From Opitutia bacterium (GTDB lineage Bacteria > Verrucomicrobiota > Verrucomicrobiia > Opitutales > Opitutaceae): 64,000 nucleotides of DNA. Numbering within the stretch: the stretch's first letter is position 1; every line of letters begins with the position of its first letter. The stretch lies in the NCBI GenBank assembly GCA_947467625.1, contig CANIJN010000002.1:714-64713 (forward strand). Reading direction: 5' to 3'. The notes under the pieces were generated by a model. The model saw nothing but the letters and a program-made list of their open reading frames with translations, was not told the DNA's origin and ran no database searches. This document shows positions 8,212 to 17,010 of the stretch, piece after piece. Position numbers and translations under genes: made by a program.

Positions 8212-9861
8212 CTAAAATGCGAGCACGACTTTCACGTGCCCGCGGGAATGCGTCGGCGAGGCGTAGGCGAGATGCGTGATTTGCCAGCCGTAGTCCGCAC
8301 TTACGTTCAGATTGACCGGTAGGCTCAGGCGCACGCCTACGCCGGTGCTCGCGAGCGGGGTGAAGATCATGTCATTGAGGTCGCGGTGCCGGTAAAAAAC
8401 CTGGGCGGCATCGTAAAAAAAGACGAAGCGGGTCTCGGTCGCCGCGCGGCCCTTAGGTAAAAACGGCAGGGTATGGCGTATCGTCGGCGTGGTGACATCG
8501 TTGCTGAAGACGAACCCTTGATCGCCCGAGTTGATGCGCTCGTCGAAGCCGCGCACGGTCGAAGAACCGCCGATGGAGAGTTGCTCGCTGCCCGGGACAT
8601 TGGCCGTGGAGAGTTTCGCGAAGGCACGGGAAAAGAACGTCCAGCCACGATCCAGATTGAGGAGCCTTTGGACGGACAGGGTGCCCGTCGCATAAGTCGC
8701 GCGCGTGTTGTACCGTGAGATGGAAAAAACCTTGTCGGTGTTGCGGGAGTTCACGTTACCGGGGCTGAGATCGAGGCCGAGACCGAACAGCCACGCGCCG
8801 CGTGAATCCCGGCGCACCATGGAAAATGAGTTCGTCAACTGAAACGTGTCAGTCGTGTTGCTGGTCAGGGTCGTGCCGCCGTAAGCAAGGTTATTGTTCC
8901 CCTGCTTAAAATCGATCCCCGTGGAGAATTCGATGGGGCTCTCGCCATCGCGGATGGGGAGATTGTAGCGCAGGTTGGCCAGCACGTTTTGCCCCTTCTG
9001 AGTGAAGACACCCCCGGCTCCGAAGGTCGGCTTCACCTTGAGGTAGCCGCCGCTAAATTGGAGATGATGGCGCCAAGGAAGCGGGATCCGATAATCCAGC
9101 GAGTGACTTTGAAAGACGGCCTGATGGTCGGTGGTAGTATATTGGTAAGTCCCTTGGTGATCTCGGCCCCACAGGTTTCCAAACTGCAGCGCTCCCGTAT
9201 AGTGTCGGGTGCCTAAAACCTGATTGCCCGAATCGTCGTAGGATGCCGTGAAGCGCACCGGAATCCGCTCGGCGACGCCCACGATGAGATCCGCCTTGCC
9301 GGGTTGATTCGGCAGATCGTTGATGAGCACCTGGACCTGCCGAAAGGGATTGGTGTTGGCCCATTTGACCGCGTCATCCAACGTCGAGAGCCGGACCTCG
9401 TCGCCGGTTTTGATGCCCAGTTTCTCCTGCAAGAGTTTACTGCTAAACCAACGATTACCCTTGAACTGAAACTCGTTGTAGCGTCCGACCACGACCGCCA
9501 AACGGAAAATCCCGGTCGAAATATCCTGATTGGGCGGGATGACCTTCACGATCAACCGATCATTCTCGCGCGCGTGTTGGGCAATCGTGTTGGCCAACGT
9601 ATTCAAGAGTTCGTTCGTAATCGGCTTACCGATAAACGCGGCCATTTTCCCCTGGAAAGCTGCCCCAGCCAGCACCGCCACATCCTGCACGAAGACCGCA
9701 CTGTCACCACCGCTGTCCGCCGGCAGCGCGGCCGCTTTCACATCGGTATCGGCGATGATGAGCTTCTTCAGCATGAAAACGAGGGGGGCACTCGGCTCGG
9801 CGGCAAACGAAAGGGCCGACGAGGCAAGGCAGACCAGCGCAAAAATGAAACGAGTCAGCAT
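8212..9861 (-). CDS. TpsB outer-membrane transporter (ShlB/FhaC/HecB family hemolysin secretion/activation protein)
   Basis: The ORF track gives 8212..10053. I prefer the start at M65 (ATG 9861), which yields a classical signal peptide, MLTRFIFALVCLASSALSFA|AEP. This is followed by a POTRA-like region (FQFKGNRWFSSKLLQEKLGIKTGDEVRLSTLDDAVKWANTNPF) and a beta-barrel ending in aromatic ...VKVVLAF. The gene is divergent from a TpsA gene. Confidence 0.85.
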   Translation of the reverse strand: MLTRFIFALVCLASSALSFAAEPSAPLVFMLKKLIIADTDVKAAALPADSGGDSAVFVQDVAVLAGAAFQGKMAAFIGKPITNELLNTLANTIAQHARENDRLIVKVIPPNQDISTGIFRLAVVVGRYNEFQFKGNRWFSSKLLQEKLGIKTGDEVRLSTLDDAVKWANTNPFRQVQVLINDLPNQPGKADLIVGVAERIPVRFTASYDDSGNQVLGTRHYTGALQFGNLWGRDHQGTYQYTTTDHQAVFQSHSLDYRIPLPWRHHLQFSGGYLKVKPTFGAGGVFTQKGQNVLANLRYNLPIRDGESPIEFSTGIDFKQGNNNLAYGGTTLTSNTTDTFQLTNSFSMVRRDSRGAWLFGLGLDLSPGNVNSRNTDKVFSISRYNTRATYATGTLSVQRLLNLDRGWTFFSRAFAKLSTANVPGSEQLSIGGSSTVRGFDERINSGDQGFVFSNDVTTPTIRHTLPFLPKGRAATETRFVFFYDAAQVFYRHRDLNDMIFTPLASTGVGVRLSLPVNLNVSADYGWQITHLAYASPTHSRGHVKVVLAF

Positions 9862-10256
9862 GATTGATAAAGGGTGGGGATGCCTGAGTTCCGGAAACTT
9901 GACAAGAGTTCCTCTCGGAAACCTGCATTGGGCTGTGCCATTGAACGTCATGTCAGAGGTTTGCTTTAGGCCCGGCAGGTGGTAGGGCATCAACCGGCCA
10001 CCGGTCGGTTCGACACCAAGAGCTGACTCAAGCAACCAAAGAGGGGTAGGCATCCGCTGACTTCATTATCACAAAGCCCGCGAGGGAGAGTCGCAGTGCG
10101 GCGACGGCCTATGCGCAACGTCACGCGAGGACTCTCCAGAACGCAGACCACCGCGGACTAAAAAATAAACCATGCGACCTTGCGTTCACGTGGCGCCAAA
10201 TGTAGATCCAACGAAAGGTTATCTCATAGAGGAGCCGTCTCGCGGGGGAGTTTCGA

Positions 10257-10335
10257 GGGAGCCCGACAGGCCGGCCGCCCTAAAAAAGGCAACGGGGGCG
10301 CTCGCGCAGCCCATCGCCCGCAAGCGGGCTCCCAC
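10257..10335 (+). repeat. Degenerate copy of the REP/MITE-like palindromic element (copy A)
   Basis: The right arm atcgcccgcaagcgggctcccac (10313-10335) matches aatcgcccgcaagcaggctcctac of copies B and C. The left arm gggagcccgacaggccggc (10257-10275) is a decayed inverted partner. Confidence 0.4.
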
Positions 10336-10631
10336 ATCCAAGCAGGTTAAGCGGATGTTCAAACTACCCAAAATCGGACAATCCCGCCCTCGAACCATCG
10401 ACGGTGGTTTTGTGGTCAAAATGGTCCAAAGTATCAACCACGCCCAAACCGCGCCTCACCCGGAATCGTTCGCCCGACTATCACGGCAACGACGAAAAAC
10501 CCTTCACTGGGGAAAAATCACCATTTCAAATCAGGCAATGTGCGGCATCGCGCAGCGCTCTTCAGTTTTAAATCATTATCAAAAACTCACAAAAGCATCC
10601 AGGATAATAGCCTAGGTCCGAATGAGCCATT

Positions 10632-10647
10632 TGGCACGCGCCCTGCA
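10632..10647 (+). promoter_or_regulatory. Candidate sigma-54 (-24/-12) promoter upstream of tpsA
   Basis: TGGCACGcgccCTGCA compared with the consensus TGGCACG-N4-TTGCW. GG is at 10633-34 and GC at 10645-46, which is the correct 12-nt register. It lies ~200 nt upstream of the tpsA ATG. rpoN is encoded in this window. It is the only good match I found among the TGGCAC occurrences. Confidence 0.4.
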
Positions 10648-10845
10648 ACTAACCAGCCAAGGTTTTCCTTTTTAAATTTTTGAGCACATCGCCCATTCCA
10701 TATCGAATTACGAGGCACCCACGGCCACTTCGGCCAATGGTTTCTCGCGCTGGAATTTGTGCTTGCAACACTTTTGGGGTCTACCATTGCTTAGCCCTGA
10801 ATGGCGCAGTCTAGCTTCCGTTAAAACAACATTAGTCTTCTATCC

Positions 10846-13800
10846 ATGAACAAAAAACTGAATCCCAACTTCTCTCTGAAGAAGTTACTATTGTCCGCCC
10901 TCGTTGCTGGACCGCTGGCTATTTTGCCCGCTCCACTCTGGGCGTTGCCAAGCACAGCTGCTACCAACCTCACCACCTCATCGACTTCGATCACGTATTC
11001 GGGCGTGCTTGATGGTGTCGCTGCGGGCGCGCTGAATATCACGGCTCCGGATAAATCCATCCTCACGTGGCAGTCTTTTAACATCAACCAAGCGGACACG
11101 ATCAATTACCTGCTCCCGTCCACCACCGCTTCGGTGCTGAACAATGTGGCAGGTGGTGCCGCTTCCACCATCGCTGGCGCGATCAATTCGAACGGTAACG
11201 TTTATGTGTTGAATCCGGCCGGTATCGTCATTTCTCAAACGGCTCAGATCATCACCGGCGGCTTTTACGCCAGCACGGTTGCTGAACCCAGCTCGTTCTT
11301 CACCACCACTGGAACCCTGAATTTCACGGGTAGCGCCACGACGGACGTCGTCGTTCAGTCCGACGGTCAGGTTACCGCGGGCCAGATCGCCTCCATCCAA
11401 GCACTCGGCACCGGTAACAAGATTACCCTCGCCGGTCGCAGCGTCCTCGTCGAAGGTGCGAATCTCTTCGGTAATGTGACGTTGCAGTCTGCTGCCACCG
11501 GTAAGGTCAATCTGGCTCAGACCAGCGACACGGTTGGCCGCCCTCAAGCGGGTGGAGCAGTTAATATCAGTCAGGCCGCCGGCTCTGGCGGCAATCTGAC
11601 GATTGTCAGCAACGGCGGGACGGTCTCCCTGACGGGTGCACCGGTCGCAGTCAGCAATAACTCAGATACTGCTGCTGGTCCGGCCGTCAGCGTCAATGCG
11701 ACGGGTGGACTTGTCGTCGGCGCGGGCGGTCTCGGTGGTAGCGGCTATGCCCCTAGCTCCAATATCGCTCTGTCGATCACGGCACCGCTGATCCGTCAAA
11801 GTCTCAACTCGACGACCACCGCTTCGACCTCGGTCGGAACCACGGCTGTTGGTTTCGCAACCACTAATGCGCAGGGACAAATCACGGGCTACTCGCTCAC
11901 CACCAATGGAGCTCCTTCGATCGGCAGTGGCTACATTTCCAACGTCACCAGCAGCGTGATTGGAAACAATGTCACGATCACGGTGCCTCAGGTCGGCTTC
12001 GCCACCAATGTGGCCGGCGCGCTCAGCGTTAATACCACCGGATCAACCTCCAATGGTCCTGTTACGCAAGGTGCTGGACTCTCGACCAGTCGTTTGACCG
12101 TTACCGGTGCAGCGACGATCACCACCGCGACCACCGCGACCACCGCCGCCGCCGCTGACGTGACCTTGGGCAACGCAGCTCTATCCACGCTCAATCTGCC
12201 TCTCGTCGGAACCGTCAACGTGATCGAAGCCGATGGCTTTGCCCTCGGCAACGCGAAGGTTCTCCCAAATGCGGCCAACGCTGTCACCCTGCGCGCACAA
12301 GCTGGAAATATTTCCATGAGCGGCACGTCCAAGGTTGAAATCGTTCCTTCTGTCCTTGTTCCTGCTCCGAATACCCTGCTCACCGCTAACACGGGTGGCG
12401 TCACCTATAGCAATATCGGAGATCTGAAGATCACGACCTTGAGCACCACGACGTCCTCATCTGGCGTCACGGCCCTTACCTCGACGGGAAATGTCACGAT
12501 TCCAGCCTTCTCGTCTCCCTCGCTCACCATCACCACGACCGGTGGTACGATCACCACGGGTAATCTGACGACGACCTCTGGGGCCGCCAATCAGGTGTCC
12601 GCGACGCTGACCGCCAATGGCAATATCTCGGTCGGTACCGTTAACACTTCGGGTAAAATCGTCATCAACTCCACCGGTGGCACGATCACCCTCGGTCAAG
12701 CTGCCAATGGTTTCATGACCACCGGCGCAGGTCTCGACCTTAAGGCTGTGGGCGACATCACCATGACCAATGCCACGGCTCTCGTTACCTCCGGCACAGA
12801 TGCGAAGATCGCGTCCACGACCGGTAACGTTACGCTCACGGGCGGCTTCGCTGGCGGCGGTGCGATCACTGCGGCTAATAACATCACCATCGGCGCCCCT
12901 GGCACCGGTAAACCAAGCGTGAATGCGAATACCGCTTTGGACACGTCCTCGATTCTCTCGAAGGTCACCGGCGGCACCACTAGCAATCCTGCTGGTCTTT
13001 ACGCTCCCAATAGCCAAGTCCCGATGGCGGTGACGACGACTGGTACTGCCCCGGGCACCACGGCCACCGGATATTTCACGACCAATGCGTCGGGTCAAAT
13101 TAGCGGCACGGTTATCACCGAGGTCGGAGCCGGATACACGTTTACTAACTCAGGAACCACTGTTACTAACCCGAATGTGACCTTCACCGCCAACGCAGCC
13201 CCCACCAACTCGGTGGTTGCGAATACGGCGCTCACCCTCACCGCCACCGCTGGTACCGTCGCTGTCGCGAGCCCGATCGTGGGAACCGGCGCGGTTACTA
13301 TCGTATCCGGAGGGGCCCTTACGGTTCCCTCTATCACGGCCCCGAACGTCTCCTTGGAATCCACGACAGGATCCATCGCGCAGACTGCCGCGACCGCAAT
13401 CACCGCTTCTGGGAACACGACGCTCAAAGCAGCCACGAGCGTCTCGTTGGATCTCGCCGGCAACGACTTCAATAATGTTGTCCTCACTTCGAGTCCGTCA
13501 GGCGTGACCCTCAAGGACGCCAATGCGCTCACCTTGGCCAATGGCACTAATGCGGCCGGCAATGTGACCATCACCTCTGGTGCTGGCCTGACCGGTTTTA
13601 CGAACCAGAACATCCCCGTTCCATCTCCGAATGTCGCCGTGACCTTCGGAGCTGCTAGCGTCTCCGCCGGCTCGGTTACTTCCGTGGCTCTGACTACGAC
13701 GGGCACCGGCTATGCGGCAAATGCGACGATCCCAGTGACCTTTTCGGCACCTCCAGCGCAATCGGCTGCAGGACTTGTGATCGCCAGCTCGGCGAGCACC

Positions 13801-16638
13801 GGTCAGAGCAACAATGGCTTTGTACTCGGCGCTGTCGGCTCCACTGCTGCTGGTCTTCAAGCTGTGATCTTGCCTACTCCGATCGGCAACGGTTTCGTGA
13901 GTGGATCTGAAGTCCCTCTGACCGTGACCATGGCGGGCGGATTTGCTGGCGTTGCGCCGACTGTCGTCGGTGTTGCTAACAGCAACGGCCAAATCGCTTC
14001 CGTAAAAGTCACCAGCCCCGGATCAGGGGTGACCACCGGCTCGCTGACGAACATCACCACCACCGCTATTGCGCCGATCGCGAGCGCCACAGCGACGGGT
14101 AATATCGTCACGAATGCTGCGGGACAGGTTACCGGGTTGACGGTGACCGACGGTGGCTCCGGCTACCTCGGCTCCTTTGTACCTCGGGTCACTCCCCCAG
14201 CTGCCCCCACCGCGGGAGCTGCTGCCATCATCACGCCTGTCCTCGCGGCCGGTGCTATTACGTCTGCCACGTCCACGGCTGGTGCAGGGTTTATTACGGC
14301 TCCGGTCATTGCCGCGACGGCGACCGCTCCAGCCTTCACGACCACGATCGTGAACGGTGCCATCGCGACCGTTACCCCGATCGCTACGGGTGGCGTAGCT
14401 CTGGGTTCTGCTTCGACCGACGTCATCAAGGTTGCGGGTAACCTTACGCTCAGTTCCGTTGGACCTGTGGGCACTGCTACCACGGCAGGCTCGACCGTCA
14501 CGGCAAACTACTCCGAACTCACCACGGTTGCTGCTAATGTTGCCGTTGTCGGTAACGTGAGCCTCAACACCTTGGGTGCTAACGCCACCTTCGGTGTTCC
14601 TACCGGTGGTTTCGGTGCGGCCCCAGCGGTCACTGCTGCTGCAGTCGGCGGCGCGATTGGTACCGGTACGTTCACGGTCACCCAGAATAACTCGGTCAAT
14701 CTCGGAGCCACGACGGCAGGCGTCCTGAAGGCTAAGAGCGCCGCTGGTGACATCACCAGCTCCGGCAAGCTCGCGATCGCGGGCGCCTCTGAGTTCACGG
14801 CGAACAGCCTGTTTGCTCCCGGTGTAATCACGCTGAATGATGCGACCAACGTCTTTGGTGGCACGGTTTCCATCATCAACGGTAAGAATGTCTCCGTGGT
14901 CGGCGCGACGACGGTGACGGTTGGTTCGGCTGCCCAGAACGGTGTGGTCTCCGGCTCCATTTCGGTGGAGAACTCCGGTGCGCTGACTCTCAACACTGCT
15001 GGCAACGGCAACCTGAGCGTCGTTAGCTTCAAGGCCGGCGGTGCCGTCGTCATCAATGATGGCACGAACACCGATGGTCTGACCCTCCAAAACATCAGCA
15101 ACACCGGTGCGGGAACGGTGGCAGTCACGGCGGCCGGCCCGATCACGTTGGGTTCTGGCATCCAATTGGCGAGCACGGGCACGACGACGATCACATCGAC
15201 CGGCGCCGCAGCTTCGATTAAGGATTCTGCGCCTGGCATCAGCATCATCAACGCGCTGACGCTCGCTTCGGACAACGATATCGCCATCACCAACACCGGT
15301 CACTCGGTCGGTCGCGTGACGATGACCTCGGGTCTCGGCGGAGCTTCCACCAATGCTAACATCACGTACCAAGAGGGTGGCTCGGCTAATCTGGGTGCCG
15401 TCACGATCACTGCAAATGCCACGAATCCTGGTTCCTTGTCCGTGACGAGCACGGGTGGCAGCATCTTCCAAGGTGCGGGCACGATCACGGTGCCAACCAT
15501 CGCAGGTGGCACCAACACGGTCTCGTTCAGCGCTCCTAATGGTAGCGTCACACTGGATCTCGCTGGTAATACCATTGCTCCAGCCGTCGCTCTGACGGCA
15601 TCGGGCAACTCGACGGTTCGCCAGTCTACAGCTCAGAACCTGACTTTGGGTAATGTAGCAGTCACTGCGGGGACCTTCCTCGCTACGGTGAATACCGCGG
15701 CCATTGAGCTCGCTCAAGCTGCTGGCACTTCGGTCCGCGTCTTTGGTGATACCACGCTGAACACCGGCGGTAAGATTACCCTCGATAACGTGGGTAACAA
15801 CTTCGGCGGATTGACGATCGCTTCGAACGTCGGATCGGCCGTCGGCGCCGCGGTGGTATTGCGCGAGGGTGGCACGATCAACCTCAAGGCAGTCGACACC
15901 GGCACGGGTGGTTTGACGTTTACCAGCACGCTGAAGTTAACCTCTGAGGGAGGATCAATCGTCTCGAGCCCAACGGCTCTGCAGGCCAAGATCATTAAGG
16001 TCGGTGGTTCAACGACTCTGGTCTCGGCGGCTGATGTCACTCTGAACACCACGGATGTTGCCAACAACTTCGGTGGCCAGAGCATCACGGTCACGGCCCC
16101 AGGCACTGTCTCGATCCAAGACAACAATGCTACTACGGTCATCGCCGGTGGTTCCACGATCGGTGGCACGCTGACGATCAAGAATGACAATGCGGCCGGC
16201 ACCATCAAGGACAGCCCCGGTGCGTTGACGGTAAACGGCAATGTCTTCCTCCAGACGAGCGCGACGGGTAGCATCAACATCGGGGCTTCGACGGCCACGT
16301 TGGGTGCGATTCAGTTCCGCTCCGGTGGCGTGAGCATCGCTGAGGCGACCACGTTGAATCTGGCTGCGGGCAGCACCAGCGCAGCGAACTCGGTGGTCCA
16401 ACTGAGCAGCAACGGTGACATCGTGACGAGTGGCTTGGGTGGCGGTAGCTTCGGTGGCACGCTCTCCTTGAACGCCAATGGTAGCATCACGGTTTCGAAC
16501 CCCATCTTTGTCGCGCAAGGTCTGACCTTCCGTGCCTTGGGTGCGGTCAACCTGAGCGCGCTGAGCCAGACCGGCAATTTGTCCGGTCTCGCCCCGACTA
16601 ACCTCGGAGCCGCCAGCTACGTTGCTCCTTCCCCGTAA
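10846..16638 (+). CDS. TpsA exoprotein: filamentous-hemagglutinin N-terminal (TPS) domain protein, giant beta-helical adhesin-like
   Basis: 1930 aa. Signal peptide: MNKKLNPNFSLKKLLLSALVAGPLAILPAPLWALPS. The TPS domain motif ILTWQSFNINQADTINYLLPSTTASVLNNVAGGAASTIAGAINSNGNVYVLNPAGIVIS corresponds to the LNRV...NPNGI pattern. The remainder is T/S/A/G/N/V-rich repeats typical of a beta-helix. By eye there are no Cys and one His. Confidence 0.9.
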   Translation: MNKKLNPNFSLKKLLLSALVAGPLAILPAPLWALPSTAATNLTTSSTSITYSGVLDGVAAGALNITAPDKSILTWQSFNINQADTINYLLPSTTASVLNNVAGGAASTIAGAINSNGNVYVLNPAGIVISQTAQIITGGFYASTVAEPSSFFTTTGTLNFTGSATTDVVVQSDGQVTAGQIASIQALGTGNKITLAGRSVLVEGANLFGNVTLQSAATGKVNLAQTSDTVGRPQAGGAVNISQAAGSGGNLTIVSNGGTVSLTGAPVAVSNNSDTAAGPAVSVNATGGLVVGAGGLGGSGYAPSSNIALSITAPLIRQSLNSTTTASTSVGTTAVGFATTNAQGQITGYSLTTNGAPSIGSGYISNVTSSVIGNNVTITVPQVGFATNVAGALSVNTTGSTSNGPVTQGAGLSTSRLTVTGAATITTATTATTAAAADVTLGNAALSTLNLPLVGTVNVIEADGFALGNAKVLPNAANAVTLRAQAGNISMSGTSKVEIVPSVLVPAPNTLLTANTGGVTYSNIGDLKITTLSTTTSSSGVTALTSTGNVTIPAFSSPSLTITTTGGTITTGNLTTTSGAANQVSATLTANGNISVGTVNTSGKIVINSTGGTITLGQAANGFMTTGAGLDLKAVGDITMTNATALVTSGTDAKIASTTGNVTLTGGFAGGGAITAANNITIGAPGTGKPSVNANTALDTSSILSKVTGGTTSNPAGLYAPNSQVPMAVTTTGTAPGTTATGYFTTNASGQISGTVITEVGAGYTFTNSGTTVTNPNVTFTANAAPTNSVVANTALTLTATAGTVAVASPIVGTGAVTIVSGGALTVPSITAPNVSLESTTGSIAQTAATAITASGNTTLKAATSVSLDLAGNDFNNVVLTSSPSGVTLKDANALTLANGTNAAGNVTITSGAGLTGFTNQNIPVPSPNVAVTFGAASVSAGSVTSVALTTTGTGYAANATIPVTFSAPPAQSAAGLVIASSASTGQSNNGFVLGAVGSTAAGLQAVILPTPIGNGFVSGSEVPLTVTMAGGFAGVAPTVVGVANSNGQIASVKVTSPGSGVTTGSLTNITTTAIAPIASATATGNIVTNAAGQVTGLTVTDGGSGYLGSFVPRVTPPAAPTAGAAAIITPVLAAGAITSATSTAGAGFITAPVIAATATAPAFTTTIVNGAIATVTPIATGGVALGSASTDVIKVAGNLTLSSVGPVGTATTAGSTVTANYSELTTVAANVAVVGNVSLNTLGANATFGVPTGGFGAAPAVTAAAVGGAIGTGTFTVTQNNSVNLGATTAGVLKAKSAAGDITSSGKLAIAGASEFTANSLFAPGVITLNDATNVFGGTVSIINGKNVSVVGATTVTVGSAAQNGVVSGSISVENSGALTLNTAGNGNLSVVSFKAGGAVVINDGTNTDGLTLQNISNTGAGTVAVTAAGPITLGSGIQLASTGTTTITSTGAAASIKDSAPGISIINALTLASDNDIAITNTGHSVGRVTMTSGLGGASTNANITYQEGGSANLGAVTITANATNPGSLSVTSTGGSIFQGAGTITVPTIAGGTNTVSFSAPNGSVTLDLAGNTIAPAVALTASGNSTVRQSTAQNLTLGNVAVTAGTFLATVNTAAIELAQAAGTSVRVFGDTTLNTGGKITLDNVGNNFGGLTIASNVGSAVGAAVVLREGGTINLKAVDTGTGGLTFTSTLKLTSEGGSIVSSPTALQAKIIKVGGSTTLVSAADVTLNTTDVANNFGGQSITVTAPGTVSIQDNNATTVIAGGSTIGGTLTIKNDNAAGTIKDSPGALTVNGNVFLQTSATGSINIGASTATLGAIQFRSGGVSIAEATTLNLAAGSTSAANSVVQLSSNGDIVTSGLGGGSFGGTLSLNANGSITVSNPIFVAQGLTFRALGAVNLSALSQTGNLSGLAPTNLGAASYVAPSP

Positions 16639-16662
16639 TTGAGGAGTGAGGTTTTAATTCAA

Positions 16663-16696
16663 GGGCGACCGATTCCAATCGGTCGCCCTTTTTTTG
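16663..16696 (+). terminator. Rho-independent terminator after tpsA
   Basis: gggcgaccgatt-cc-aatcggtcgccc forms a perfect 12-bp stem and is followed by ttttttt. Confidence 0.8.
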
Positions 16697-16780
16697 TGTT
16701 CATATTAGGACGTCCGAAACCCAACAAGCCGGATTTTTTGACCAGTTAATTCCCAGGTGCGTTCAAGATGAGACGAGCCC

Positions 16781-16894
16781 CGGTTTTTTGTAGGAGCCTG
16801 CTTGCGGGCGATTTTACAGGGCGATTTTACATTTCGTCGCCTGACCAGGTCCTGAATCCGGTCCTGAATCGCCCGCAAGCAGGCTCCTACCTCC
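16781..16894 (+). repeat. REP/MITE-like palindromic element, copy B (114 bp)
   Basis: cggttttttGTAGGAGCCTGCTTGCGGGCGATT ... AATCGCCCGCAAGCAGGCTCCTACctcc. The 24-bp inverted arms are perfect (16790-16813 and 16867-16890). The spacer contains two perfect tandem duplications: gggcgattttaca x2 (16806-16831) and ggtcctgaatc(c/g) x2 (16848-16871). Confidence 0.75.
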
Positions 16895-17010
16895 GGACAA
16901 ATGTGTCGCTGATTGGTCTATTCGCTTCGCGTCGCCAAATAGGGAATCTAAGTCTGCAGGAATGAGCAAAAAGTCGTGCGCTGTGTCCCTCTCCACCTAA
17001 AAAGAAGCCG

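Noticed and set aside
9924-9940. Sigma-54-like element on the minus strand upstream of tpsB (TGGCACagcccAATGCA).
   Set aside because: The GG-to-GC spacing is one nucleotide too long and the -12 element is AATGCA. Sigma-54 promoters do not tolerate spacing changes, so I did not call it.
10172-10615. 147-aa plus-strand ORF in the tpsB-tpsA spacer.
   Set aside because: It has no recognisable motif, basic low-complexity composition and AT-richer DNA, and it translates through the decayed REP copy. It is more likely regulatory DNA.
10978-16577. Numerous antisense or off-frame ORFs inside tpsA (for example 14023..15717, 564 aa; 14508..15296; 13095..13706).
   Set aside because: They are shadows of a repetitive GC-rich gene. 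The plus-strand frame carries the TPS domain and runs uninterrupted for 1930 codons.
16400-16638. Looked for a C-terminal toxin tip (CDI-type VENN/pretoxin motif or a distinct domain) and an immunity gene after tpsA.
   Set aside because: The repeat sequence continues to the last residues. A strong terminator and a REP element follow immediately, and there is no small downstream ORF.
16768-16996. Track ORFs 16768..16965(+) and 16814..16996(-), plus 18991..19208(-) near copy C.
   Set aside because: They are translations of the palindromic repeat (the CRSLLAGD / RPQAGSY peptides), not genes.
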